Assembly: GCF_012562765.1 (NCBI RefSeq)
Contig: NZ_CP046226.1
Span: 390,001-422,000, forward strand
Direction of reading: 5' to 3'
DNA: 32,000 nucleotides
DNA from: Candidatus Saccharimonadota bacterium
Lineage (GTDB): Bacteria > Pseudomonadota > Gammaproteobacteria > Enterobacterales > Enterobacteriaceae
Shown: piece after piece, positions 9,781 through 19,877 of the stretch
Layout of the letters: the number at the start of each line of letters is the position of its first letter
Position numbering within the stretch: the first letter of the stretch is position 1
Program-made: the position numbers and the translations under genes
Notes under the pieces: model-generated
What the model was told of the DNA's origin: nothing
Database searches by the model: none
Seen by the model: the letters and a program-made list of their open reading frames with translations, nothing else

Positions 9781-11247
9781 TTAACCAATACTTTTTTCCA
9801 AGTTAACTGATAATAATTTTTGTGCTTCTATAGCAAATTCTAAAGGAAATTTAATAAAAATATCTTTACAAAATCCATTAATAATCATAGAAATAGCATT
9901 ATCCATGTTAATACCTCTTTGTAAACAAAAAAATATTTGATCTTCTCCTATTTTAGAAGTTGTAGCTTCATGTTCAACTTGTGATGTATTATTAGCGATA
10001 TTTAAATTAGGATATGTATGAGTACTACATTTAGAACCAATTAGAATTGAATCACATTGAGTAAAATTACGAGAATTATCTGATTTTTTATTAATTTTTA
10101 CTAAACTTCTATAAGTATTTTTACTATATTCAGTAGAAATACTTTTAGATATAATTGTTGATTTTGTATTTTTCCCTATATGAATCATTTTTGTTCCAGT
10201 ATCAGCTTGTTGATAACCATTTGTTAATGAAATTGAAAAAAATTCACCAATAGAATAATCTCCTTGTAAAATAACACTAGGATATTTCCATGTAATAGCA
10301 GATCCTGTTTCTGATTGAGTCCATGACATTTTACTATGTTTACCTTTACATATTGCTCTTTTAGTAACAAAATTTAAAATACCTCCTGATTTATCTTTAC
10401 CTGAAAACCAATTTTGTACTGTAGAATACTTTACTCTAGCATTTTTTAATAATATTACTTCTACAACAGCAGCATGTAATTGATAATTATGTCTTATAGG
10501 AGCAGAACATCCTTCTATATAATTTACACTACTATTTTCATCTGCAATTAAAATTGTACGTTCAAATTGTCCAATATTTTTTTCATTTATACGAAAATAA
10601 GTTGATAATTCTATAGGACAATCTACATTTTTTGGTATATATATAAATGTTCCATCAGATGCTACAGCTGCATTTAAAGATGCAAAAAAATTATCATTAG
10701 CAGAAACAACAGATCCTAAATATTTTTTTACTAAATTAGGATAATATTGAATAGCATCATTTAAAGAACAAAAAATTATTCCCTTTTCTAATAATTTATC
10801 TTTATGAGTTGTAATAACAGATACAGAATCAAAAATAGCATCAACTGCTATATTTTTATTATTAATAGGAATTTTTAATTTATTAAAAGTATCTGATACA
10901 GCATTTGTAAAATATTTATTTTTGATATAATTAGAATTATTATTTAATTTATTATGATAAGTATCAGATAAAGGTGCTGAATAATAAATATAATTTTGGT
11001 AATTTAATTTATCAAAATGTCCATTTATCCAATGAGGTTCTTTATTATTTATCCAAAAGTAATATCCTTTTAATCTAAAATCTAACATCCATTTAGGTTC
11101 ATTACGTATTTTAGATATTTTTTTTATTATATCTTCATTTATACCAGGAATAAATTGTTCATTTTTTAAATTTGTAGAAAAACCTTCTTTATAAATATTT
11201 TTTTTTTTATTAAAATATTTAATTTTATTTTTTATATTATTTTTCAT
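9781..11247 (-). CDS. sufB: Fe-S cluster scaffold SufB
   Basis: 488 aa. RNEPKWMLDFRL, AVDAIFDSVSV, NFFASLNAAVASDGTFIYIPK, IEGCSAP, KMSWTQSETGSAITWKYPS, DTGTKMIHIGKNTKSTIISK, NFTQCDS and GFCKD are collinear with E. coli SufB. Confidence 0.96.
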   Translation of the reverse strand: MKNNIKNKIKYFNKKKNIYKEGFSTNLKNEQFIPGINEDIIKKISKIRNEPKWMLDFRLKGYYFWINNKEPHWINGHFDKLNYQNYIYYSAPLSDTYHNKLNNNSNYIKNKYFTNAVSDTFNKLKIPINNKNIAVDAIFDSVSVITTHKDKLLEKGIIFCSLNDAIQYYPNLVKKYLGSVVSANDNFFASLNAAVASDGTFIYIPKNVDCPIELSTYFRINEKNIGQFERTILIADENSSVNYIEGCSAPIRHNYQLHAAVVEVILLKNARVKYSTVQNWFSGKDKSGGILNFVTKRAICKGKHSKMSWTQSETGSAITWKYPSVILQGDYSIGEFFSISLTNGYQQADTGTKMIHIGKNTKSTIISKSISTEYSKNTYRSLVKINKKSDNSRNFTQCDSILIGSKCSTHTYPNLNIANNTSQVEHEATTSKIGEDQIFFCLQRGINMDNAISMIINGFCKDIFIKFPLEFAIEAQKLLSVNLEKSIG

Positions 11248-11268
11248 AGTAAATTTTTTAATATTAAA

Positions 11269-11643
11269 TTAAATATTAAAACTTTCTCCACAACCACAAG
11301 ATTTAATAATATTAGTATTATAATACTTAAAATATTCTTTAAAATTTTCTTTAATAAAATCTATTTTTGTTCCATCTATAAAAATAATATCTTTTCTTTT
11401 TATATATATATAAATATTATTATTTTGAAAAATTAAATCATCATTAAAAATATCTTTTACTAATTCAATTTTATATTTAAAACCAAAACAACCTGTTTTT
11501 TTTAAAAGTAATCGAATACCATTGATTGTAAAATTCATTTTGATTATTTTATTAATTTGTAATAATGAATTATTAGTTAAAAAAATTCCTTTCCAAACAT
11601 ATTCTTTACAAGAAAAATGTATTAATTTTTTTTTAAATATCAT
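11269..11643 (-). CDS. sufA: A-type Fe-S carrier SufA
   Basis: 124 aa. KKTGCFGFKY and the C-terminal CGCGESF motif. First gene of the suf operon. Confidence 0.9.
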   Translation of the reverse strand: MIFKKKLIHFSCKEYVWKGIFLTNNSLLQINKIIKMNFTINGIRLLLKKTGCFGFKYKIELVKDIFNDDLIFQNNNIYIYIKRKDIIFIDGTKIDFIKENFKEYFKYYNTNIIKSCGCGESFNI

Positions 11644-12138
11644 AATTATTATCCAATAAATAATTAATTTTATCTAAAAATATTAATTTATATAATATAA
11701 ATAATATTTATTTAGTTATTATTTAACTAATATTAATTATAGTATAAATAAAATATTAAACATAAATTAATTTATTATATTTAAATTATTATTTAAATAT
11801 CTATTTGATTAATTATAATTAATATTATTAAATAATTATTTATATATTTATTTTATTTTAATTTTATAAAAAATAAAATATTTTTAAAAGAAATATTTTT
11901 AAAAAAACCAGTTATTTTATTAAATTTTAATTTGATATTTTTTATTAAAAAATAGTAATTTAATATTAATTAAATTATATAAATTATTATTTATATTTTA
12001 ACTAAATTTTTTTCTAAAAGAACATTTTAAAAATTTTATTTTATATTTTAATTAATATAATTATACTAAAAAATATTTTATTATTGATAATAATAAATAA
12101 ATATAATAATATTAACAATTAATACAACTAATAAAAAA

Positions 12139-13698
12139 TTATTTTTGTATTTTATGTAATGAAAATTCTTGTGAACGGAAACCTAATAAAAATAATGTTA
12201 ACAAATACAATATTAAAACTAACATACAAATAATAAATAAATACACTATACGAAACCTTAAATCAGATAAAATTAACCATTGTTTAGAAACCATGTTAGA
12301 TAAAAATGATATCATTATACCTAAAAGTATAGTAACGATTGATAATCTTATAATAAAACTATACCATCCTGGTTCTGGAATATAAATTTCACTTCGTACT
12401 AATTTATAAAATAATATAACAAAATTTAAAAATGCAGCTAAACATACTGATATAGCAAAACCAATATGATTTAAAAAATAAATAAAGAAAGGACTAATTA
12501 ATTGAGTAAAAATTAAAACTAATATTGCAATAACTACAGGAGTTTTAACATTTTGTCTTGAATAATATCCTAAAGCTAGAACTTTAGATGTTATTATAAA
12601 TAATAAACCTACAGAATAAATAATAAGATTTTTTTGAGACATTAATACATCAAAATAACTAAATGCTCCATATTCAAATAAACAAATTAGTAATATTTTA
12701 GAAAAAATACCTAACATTAAAGAACTTGGAACTATTAAAATACAACATAAACGTAAACCTAAATCTACTAATTTATTAAAATCTTTTTCATTATTTGTAG
12801 TATATGCATCAGTTAATGCTGGTAATAATACTATACTTAATGCAACAGCAAACATACCAATAGGTAATTCCATTAAACGATCAGCATAATAAATCCAAGT
12901 AACAGAACCTGTAATTAAAAAAGAAGCAAAAACAGAATTAATTAATAAGGATATTTGAGTTGCAGATACACCAATAATAGCAATACCCATTTTTTTAAAA
13001 ACTTTTATTATACCATCAATATTATTATAAATAACAAATTTACAACGTGGTAATACAAACATATCTATTTTTTTTAAATAAATTAATTGATAAGTAAGTT
13101 GTATACAACCACCAATTATGACAGACCATGCTAATATTAATACTGGTGGATGAAAATAAGATGGAAAGAACATAATAATAATTATTACACATATATTTAA
13201 TAATATAGGAGTTAATGCAGGAACTAAAAAATTTTTCCATATGTTTAAAACAGAACTTGCTAATGATGATAAAGAAATTAAAAAAATATAAGGAAAAGTT
13301 ATTTTTAACATTTTAGATGTTAATACTAATTTATAATTAGTAGTAACAAAACCTGGTGCTATTATAGAAATAATCAAAGAAGAAAAGATTATACCGAATA
13401 AAACAACAATAGTTAATAATATTGTTAATATTCCTAGTACAGCAGAAATAAATTCTTTAGTTTCAATTATACTTCTTTTATTTTTATACTCTGCTAATAC
13501 AGGAGTAAAAGCCTGAGAAAAAGCTCCTTCTGCAAAAATACGACGTAATAAATTTGGTAATTTAAAAGCTATAAAAAATGAATCACTATAAAGACCTGCT
13601 CCAAAAATTTTTGCTATAAAACTGTCTCGAATAAATCCTAACAATCTAGATAATAATGTTATAATACTAACCATTGTTAATGATTTTAACAAATTCAT
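12139..13698 (-). CDS. murJ: Lipid II flippase MurJ (MviN)
   Basis: 519 aa polytopic membrane protein. The N-terminus MNLLKSL....SRLLGFIRDSFIAKIFGAG..SDSFFIAFKLPNLLRRIFAEGAFSQAF.PVLAEYK is nearly identical in pattern to E. coli MurJ. YYADRLMELP is also present. Confidence 0.94.
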   Translation of the reverse strand: MNLLKSLTMVSIITLLSRLLGFIRDSFIAKIFGAGLYSDSFFIAFKLPNLLRRIFAEGAFSQAFTPVLAEYKNKRSIIETKEFISAVLGILTILLTIVVLFGIIFSSLIISIIAPGFVTTNYKLVLTSKMLKITFPYIFLISLSSLASSVLNIWKNFLVPALTPILLNICVIIIIMFFPSYFHPPVLILAWSVIIGGCIQLTYQLIYLKKIDMFVLPRCKFVIYNNIDGIIKVFKKMGIAIIGVSATQISLLINSVFASFLITGSVTWIYYADRLMELPIGMFAVALSIVLLPALTDAYTTNNEKDFNKLVDLGLRLCCILIVPSSLMLGIFSKILLICLFEYGAFSYFDVLMSQKNLIIYSVGLLFIITSKVLALGYYSRQNVKTPVVIAILVLIFTQLISPFFIYFLNHIGFAISVCLAAFLNFVILFYKLVRSEIYIPEPGWYSFIIRLSIVTILLGIMISFLSNMVSKQWLILSDLRFRIVYLFIICMLVLILYLLTLFLLGFRSQEFSLHKIQK

Positions 13699-13945
13699 AT
13701 TTTTCCTTAAACAAAAATAATTTTTTATATAAATAAATTATTTTAATAAAAATTTAAATATTTTATATAAACAAAAAATTTTGTATATTTATTATAACAT
13801 TTTTATAAAAAAATTAGTTATATAAATATTTTAGTTTATATATTCACATTATATAAATTTAATTTTAATTTTTACAAAAGTTATATCTTTATGCTAGGTT
13901 ATATAATCTAATAAAAACCATTTATAATTAATAAGGAATTATTAT

Positions 13946-14539
13946 ATGAATTTAAAAGAAATATCAAGAGCAAAATTACCAACAATATGGGGTGATTTTA
14001 TCATAATAGGTTTTGAAGAAATATCTACTGGAAATAGTCATATTGCTTTGATTTATGGCATGAAAAAAATTTATAAAACACAAATTGTATTAACAAGAAT
14101 TCATTCTGAATGTCTAACTGGAGATTCTTTATTTAGTATACGTTGTGACTGTGGTTTTCAATTAAAATCATCTTTAATACAAATTTCTAAAGAAAATTGT
14201 GGAATATTAATTTATCATAGACAAGAAGGTAGAAATATAGGATTATTAAATAAAATTAAAGCTTATACTTATCAAGATAAAGGATTAGATACTGTAGAAG
14301 CAAATCATAAATTAGGCTTTGCTGCAGATGAAAGAGATTATACTTCATGTGCAAATATTTTAAAAAAATTAGGTATTTTAAAAATAAAGTTATTAACAAA
14401 TAATCCTAGTAAAATAAATATTTTAAGAAAAATTGGTATTAATGTAGTTAGTCGTATTCCATTAATTGTAGGATATAATTCAAAAAATAATAAATACTTA
14501 AATACTAAAGCTATAAAAATGGGTCACATATTTAAATAA
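13946..14539 (+). CDS. ribA: GTP cyclohydrolase II
   Basis: 197 aa. [32 protein letters not shown] (zinc Cys triad), [15 protein letters not shown] and [18 protein letters not shown]. An AAGGA Shine-Dalgarno lies 9 nt upstream (13933-13937). Confidence 0.96.
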   Translation: MNLKEISRAKLPTIWGDFIIIGFEEISTGNSHIALIYGMKKIYKTQIVLTRIHSECLTGDSLFSIRCDCGFQLKSSLIQISKENCGILIYHRQEGRNIGLLNKIKAYTYQDKGLDTVEANHKLGFAADERDYTSCANILKKLGILKIKLLTNNPSKINILRKIGINVVSRIPLIVGYNSKNNKYLNTKAIKMGHIFK

Positions 14540-14543
14540 ATAT

Positions 14544-15977
14544 TTAAATATTATTTTTTTTAATAATTATTTTAAAATATTTTAATAAATTATTTAAAAC
14601 AATCTTTTGTTCTTCATGATTTTTATATTGATCTAATAAAATTTTTATTTGATTAATATAATTTAAAATATAATTTTTATTAAAAAGATTTTTAATATAT
14701 AAATTCCATTTATTTTTTTCTAAATTATTTAAAGTTTCAGGAAAATTTCTAGCTCTATATCTAAATAATAATTCATTAGCTCTACAATCATTAAAAACAA
14801 TTTGATTTAATTTACTAATTGGTGTTTTATGTATTTTTTTAAAATTTTGTAAATCTGAATATCCAAAAAAATTTTTATATAATTGAGTATCTACATTAGA
14901 GATATCATAATTAATACTATTAATATTATAAAATTTAATTAAACAAGAAAAAATTATATTTTTAATTTTAACAAAATATTTTTTAAATCTAAAAAAATTT
15001 TTTTGATAATAAATTAAATTAAAATTTAAACGTTCAATATCATTAGATTTTAATATATTTATTGGTAATAACAAAGGAGAATTATTTATATTTATAAATT
15101 TTATATAAAGTAAAAAATTATTATTTGTAATATTATTGTTCCAATTTAAATTAATAAATTTATTTATATCATTAATTAAATCAAAAGAAATTAATATATT
15201 TTTATTTTTAAAAGACCAAAATAAAGGAACAATACATCCTATATTATTATTTAAGTTTTTATATATACTACTAATATAAATTAAAGGTTTAATATTAGAT
15301 AAATGAATTATTTTTAATATTTCTTTTTTTTCTCTTTTTTTAAAAAAATAATTAAAAAGTGATGATTGTTTTTTTTTAATTAATTTAGCAATAGCTATTG
15401 TAGTATAAACATCAGATAATGCATCATGTGACTTATAATATAACTTTATATTATTAATATTAGCAATTTTTTCAAGATTAAAAACAGGAATATTATTTAC
15501 TTTAGGCCAATTAATACCATAAGGTCTTAAAATACAACATGCTCTTACTAAATTTAATATATCCCATCTACTATTATTATTTTTCCAATACCAATTATAT
15601 GGATCATAAAAATTTCGATAAAATAAATTTCTACTAAATTCATCATCAAAAGCAATATTATTATATCCTATAACACAAGTATTTTTTTTAGAAAATATTT
15701 TATTAATTTTCTTTGCTAAATTATATTCAAGAATTCCTTTAGTATTAACAATTTTAGGACTTATATTATGAATAATAATAGATTTTGGATTAGGAAAATA
15801 ATCTATATGTATTTTACAATATAATACTATAGGATCTTCTATAATATCAAAATTTATATTAGTGCGTATACAAGCAAATTGTGCTATCCTGTCTATAGAA
15901 GGATTTAAACCAAAAGTTTCATAATCATAAAATAAAAAATTAGGTTCATTTTTTATGATTTTATTATTTATTAACAT
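14544..15977 (-). CDS. sbcB: Exodeoxyribonuclease I
   Basis: 477 aa. FLFYDYETFG (DEDDh exo I motif), GYNNIAFDDEFSRNLFYRNFYDPY, NSRWDILNLVRAC, HDALSDVYATI, QLYKNFF and LLFRYRARNFPETL are collinear with E. coli ExoI (475 aa). Confidence 0.94.
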   Translation of the reverse strand: MLINNKIIKNEPNFLFYDYETFGLNPSIDRIAQFACIRTNINFDIIEDPIVLYCKIHIDYFPNPKSIIIHNISPKIVNTKGILEYNLAKKINKIFSKKNTCVIGYNNIAFDDEFSRNLFYRNFYDPYNWYWKNNNSRWDILNLVRACCILRPYGINWPKVNNIPVFNLEKIANINNIKLYYKSHDALSDVYTTIAIAKLIKKKQSSLFNYFFKKREKKEILKIIHLSNIKPLIYISSIYKNLNNNIGCIVPLFWSFKNKNILISFDLINDINKFINLNWNNNITNNNFLLYIKFININNSPLLLPINILKSNDIERLNFNLIYYQKNFFRFKKYFVKIKNIIFSCLIKFYNINSINYDISNVDTQLYKNFFGYSDLQNFKKIHKTPISKLNQIVFNDCRANELLFRYRARNFPETLNNLEKNKWNLYIKNLFNKNYILNYINQIKILLDQYKNHEEQKIVLNNLLKYFKIIIKKNNI

Positions 15978-16044
15978 AATAAATAATATTATTATAATTT
16001 TTATATTTTAACAATATATTTTATAATATATTAAAATTTAATAT

Positions 16045-16129
16045 GGTGAGATGGCCGAGCGGTTGAAGGCGCACGCCTGGAAAGTGTGTATATGAAAACA
16101 TATCAGGGGTTCGAATCCCCTTCTCACCT
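16045..16129 (+). tRNA. serW: tRNA-Ser, anticodon GGA
   Basis: GGTGAGATGGCCGAGCGGTTGAAGGCGCACGCCTGGAAAGTGTGTATATGAAAACATATCAGGGGTTCGAATCCCCTTCTCACC. It has a 7-bp acceptor stem, anticodon loop CTGGAAA, a long variable arm (TATATG/CATAT) and the TTCGAATC T-loop. Very similar to E. coli serW/serX. No CCA is encoded. Confidence 0.95.
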
Positions 16130-16202
16130 TATAAAATTATTAAAATATTTATAAATAACTTTATATTTGTTTATTTATAATGATTATTATATAATTTTAA
16201 AA

Positions 16203-16760
16203 ATGATTGATATAGATGTTACTAAAATCATTAACCAATATGGTTATTTAATAATACTTATAGGATCTCTTCTAGAAGGAGAGACATGCATTATTATTGG
16301 AGGAGTTGCAGTACATAAAGGATTATTAATTTATCATTGGGTTATAATAATTTCTACATTAGGTGCTATTATAGGAGATCAATTTTTATTTTTTATTGGT
16401 AAAATATATAGTAACAAATTATTATTTTTTTTTAAAAAAAATAATTTAAAAATATATAAATATCAAAATTTAATCACAAATTATCCATATATCTTTATTA
16501 TTATGGTTAGATTTATGTATGGATTTAGATTAATTGGACCAATAATTATTGGCATAACAAAAGTAACAACATTTAAATTTTTAATATTTAATATTATAGG
16601 AGCCATAATATGGTCTATAATATTTGTTAGTTTAGGATTTATATTTGGTGATATTATCACTTCTTGGATTAAAGATATTAATAAAATGATAAAATATATA
16701 CTATATATATTAATTATCATATTTATTATAAAAATAATATATAAAATTATTAAAAAATAA
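16203..16760 (+). CDS. DedA-family inner-membrane protein (YohD/YabI-like)
   Basis: 185 aa from the first in-frame ATG; the track ORF starts at an upstream TTG. The DedA signature is present: GSLLEGET....GG....G, then GDQ..F.IGK and RFMYGFRLIGP. Multiple hydrophobic spans. Confidence 0.85.
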   Translation: MIDIDVTKIINQYGYLIILIGSLLEGETCIIIGGVAVHKGLLIYHWVIIISTLGAIIGDQFLFFIGKIYSNKLLFFFKKNNLKIYKYQNLITNYPYIFIIMVRFMYGFRLIGPIIIGITKVTTFKFLIFNIIGAIIWSIIFVSLGFIFGDIITSWIKDINKMIKYILYILIIIFIIKIIYKIIKK

Positions 16761-16777
16761 ATATTATTAAATAATAT

Positions 16778-18271
16778 TTATTTTATTAAAGTAGACATTC
16801 TTATAAAATGTATTATTGGTTCAGGATATATTCCTAATAAAAAAGTAAGTATTGTTAATACTAATATTAAATATTTACTAATAAAAAATTTTTTTGTATT
16901 TAAATTATTTGAAAAAATTAATAAAGATAATTTATTATTATATGGAGATAAATATAAATTAATTATAACACGTAAATAATAATATAAGCCAGCTGCACTA
17001 CCAAGTATTACTATAAATAATAAATACCATATCTTCATCTTAATAATTAATAATATTAAATAAAATTTAGAAATAAAACCTAAAGTTATTGGAATTCCAG
17101 CAAGAGATAAAAACATAATAGTCATTATAAATGATAAAATAGGATTATACCAAAATAACCCTCTATAATAATCAAGATTATCAATATCATTTTTATATTG
17201 TTGTTTTATATTTAAATTAGAAATTATACTAATAACAGTAAATATACCTATATTATTTAATATATAACTAATAATATATATTCCCATTGTTTCTAATGAA
17301 AATAAAATATTATTTGGTATAATTATATTATATATTAATATTATTAACATATAACCTAAATGAGCTATAGAAGAATATCCTAATAAACGTTTAATATTAT
17401 TTTGTGACAAAGCTAAAAAATTTCCAAATATAATAGAAGTTATTGATATAAAAATTAATAAATTAGATAATATTAATCTATTTGAAGATATATTAGTAAA
17501 ATGAATTAATAATCTTACAAGTGATGTAAAAATAGAAATTTTACTAAATGTAGATAAAAACATAGTTACTACTGTAGGAGAACCTTGATAAATATCTGGT
17601 GTCCATAAATGAAAAGGTACTAATGATAATTTAAATCCTATACTAACTAAAATTAAAACTAAACCAATAACACTTATATTGTTTACTATTGAATTTAATA
17701 AATGTTGTTTACTTATATATGTAAAATTTAAACTTCCATAATCAATATAAATTAATGAAATCCCTAATATAAAAAAAGAAGTTGCTATACTGGAAAGTAT
17801 AGTATATTTAATACTAGCTTCTAATGAATTTTTTAATTTAAAATTATATCCAATTAAACCAAATATAGGTATAGATATTAATTCCATTCCTACTAACATT
17901 GAAATAAAATTATTTGAACAAGTTAATATAATACCTCCAATAGAGGATATAAGAATTAAAAGATAAAATTCATCTTTATTATAAAAATAATTTAATAACC
18001 AAGGATATGCTATTATACAAGTAATAATACTAATTAGTAATAATATTATAGTATAAAAATAAGAATAATTATCTATTATAAATAATGTATTATTAATAAT
18101 ATTTATTTTATTATACATATTATATAATATAGATATTAAAGTAAAAAATAAACCACTAACTGTTATTATTAAATGAACAAAATTATTACGTTTAATAGAA
18201 ATACTTATAAGTATAATTATTGTTGTTGTAATAATAATAATTAAAGGTAATAATAGTATTAAATTTTTCAT
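16778..18271 (-). CDS. nuoN: NADH:quinone oxidoreductase subunit N
   Basis: 497 aa antiporter-like subunit. KDEFYLL, LEASIKYTILS, GFKLSLVPFHLWTPDIYQGSPT, NIKRLLGYSSIAHLGY and AGLYYYLRV match E. coli NuoN. Last gene of the operon. Confidence 0.95.
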   Translation of the reverse strand: MKNLILLLPLIIIITTTIIILISISIKRNNFVHLIITVSGLFFTLISILYNMYNKINIINNTLFIIDNYSYFYTIILLLISIITCIIAYPWLLNYFYNKDEFYLLILISSIGGIILTCSNNFISMLVGMELISIPIFGLIGYNFKLKNSLEASIKYTILSSIATSFFILGISLIYIDYGSLNFTYISKQHLLNSIVNNISVIGLVLILVSIGFKLSLVPFHLWTPDIYQGSPTVVTMFLSTFSKISIFTSLVRLLIHFTNISSNRLILSNLLIFISITSIIFGNFLALSQNNIKRLLGYSSIAHLGYMLIILIYNIIIPNNILFSLETMGIYIISYILNNIGIFTVISIISNLNIKQQYKNDIDNLDYYRGLFWYNPILSFIMTIMFLSLAGIPITLGFISKFYLILLIIKMKIWYLLFIVILGSAAGLYYYLRVIINLYLSPYNNKLSLLIFSNNLNTKKFFISKYLILVLTILTFLLGIYPEPIIHFIRMSTLIK

Positions 18272-18323
18272 AAGAAATATTATTTTTTTTCCTTTTGTAA
18301 AACTATTGATTTTATCATATATT

Positions 18324-19832
18324 TTATTTTATTATATTTTTATAATAAATATGATTAATTGCATTATAAGAAATATTTAATATAGGTTGAGGATAAAATC
18401 CTAATATCAATAATAAAATTAATAAAGAAACAATAATAAATATTTCTCTAAAAACTAATTTTTTAAAAATAAAAATAGTTTTTATTGGTCCATAAAAAAT
18501 TTTTTGCATAATATTTAAAGAATAAATACTTGCAAATAATAAACCAAAAACAGCAATACTAGCATAAATAGGATAATTTTGAAAATTTCCCATAAGGATT
18601 AAAAATTCTCCTATAAAATTTCCAGTTCCTGGAATTCCTAAACTAGCTAAAGAAAAAAATAAGAAAAAACCTGGTAATAAATTTATATTATTCCAAAATC
18701 CACCCATTAAATTTATATTTCTTGTTTTTATACGTTCGTATATTTGTCCACACATTATAAATTGAGCTGCAGCAGATATTCCATGTGATATTATTTGTAT
18801 AATAACTCCTTGATAAGCAATTTTATTATTACTATAAATTCCAATAAGTATAAATCCCATATGAGATATTGAAGTATAAGCTATTATTCTTTTTATATCA
18901 TTTTGCATATAAGCTAACCAAGATCCATAAAATATACCTATAATACCTAATATCATTGCAATAGGAGCAAATTTTAGAGAAGCTAAAGGAAATAATGGTA
19001 AAGAAAACCTTAATAATCCATATGCAGCTGTTTTTAATAAAATACCTGCTAAATCTACGGATCCTGCTGTAGGTGCTTGAGTATGAGCATCAGGTAACCA
19101 ACCATGTAATGGAATTACTGGTATTTTAACAGCAAAAGCAATGAAAAAACATAACATTAATAAAAATTCTAGATTAAATGATTTCGGAGTATTTAATAGG
19201 TGACTATATTCAAATGTCCATATCCCTGTTATTTCATGATTTAAAATAACTAATATTAAAATACCAAATAACATTATTAAACCACTAGCTTGTGTATAAA
19301 TAAAAAATTTAGTAGCTGCTGTTATACAATTTTTACCATTTATATTATTATGTCCCCATAATGATATTAAAAAATACATAGGAATTAACATAATTTCCCA
19401 ACATAAAAAAAACAAAAACATATCAATAGCAAGAAATACACCTATTACTCCACTTAAAATCCATAATAAGTTTAAATGAAAAAAACCATGTAATTTTTTT
19501 GTTTCATTCCAAGAACATAAAACTGCCATTATTCCTAATAATCCAGTTAAATTAATCATAATAATAGAAAGACCATCCGTAGCTAAATGAAAATTTATAC
19601 CAAATCTTGGAATCCAAGGTAATGTAAATTCTGATATCCATATAAAAGATGAAAATGATAATTTACTATTTAAAAAATATGAATGAGTAAATAATTCAAA
19701 AATAGAAAGGAAAAAAACAATACTAATAGAAATTAAAGATATCCAACGAGGTAATTTATAATTTAAACGTTCAATTTGCCAACAAATTAATCCACCCATA
19801 AAAGGAATTAATATAAACCAAGGTAATAACAT
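18324..19832 (-). CDS. nuoM: NADH:quinone oxidoreductase subunit M
   Basis: 502 aa. MLLPWFILIPF.GG, LHGWLPDAHTQAPTAGSVDLAGILLKT..YGLLRF, DIKRIIAYTSISHMGF. Operon position between nuoL and nuoN. Confidence 0.95.
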   Translation of the reverse strand: MLLPWFILIPFMGGLICWQIERLNYKLPRWISLISISIVFFLSIFELFTHSYFLNSKLSFSSFIWISEFTLPWIPRFGINFHLATDGLSIIMINLTGLLGIMAVLCSWNETKKLHGFFHLNLLWILSGVIGVFLAIDMFLFFLCWEIMLIPMYFLISLWGHNNINGKNCITAATKFFIYTQASGLIMLFGILILVILNHEITGIWTFEYSHLLNTPKSFNLEFLLMLCFFIAFAVKIPVIPLHGWLPDAHTQAPTAGSVDLAGILLKTAAYGLLRFSLPLFPLASLKFAPIAMILGIIGIFYGSWLAYMQNDIKRIIAYTSISHMGFILIGIYSNNKIAYQGVIIQIISHGISAAAQFIMCGQIYERIKTRNINLMGGFWNNINLLPGFFLFFSLASLGIPGTGNFIGEFLILMGNFQNYPIYASIAVFGLLFASIYSLNIMQKIFYGPIKTIFIFKKLVFREIFIIVSLLILLLILGFYPQPILNISYNAINHIYYKNIIK

Positions 19833-19877
19833 AATATTTCCTAATTATTTTTAAAACTTAATAAAAAATATTAATTT

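Noticed and set aside
11644-12138. Possible CRISPR array, satellite or IS remnant in the large spacer (recurring words such as AATATTTTTAAAA at 11876-11906)
   Set aside because: The repeats are short, imperfect and of the kind expected in 95% A+T DNA. There is no regular repeat-spacer periodicity, no terminal inverted repeats and no transposase remnant.
13699-13945. Looked for an FMN riboswitch or other structured leader upstream of ribA
   Set aside because: The region is almost pure A/T and lacks the conserved G/C-rich riboswitch core. ribA is not riboswitch-controlled in E. coli either.
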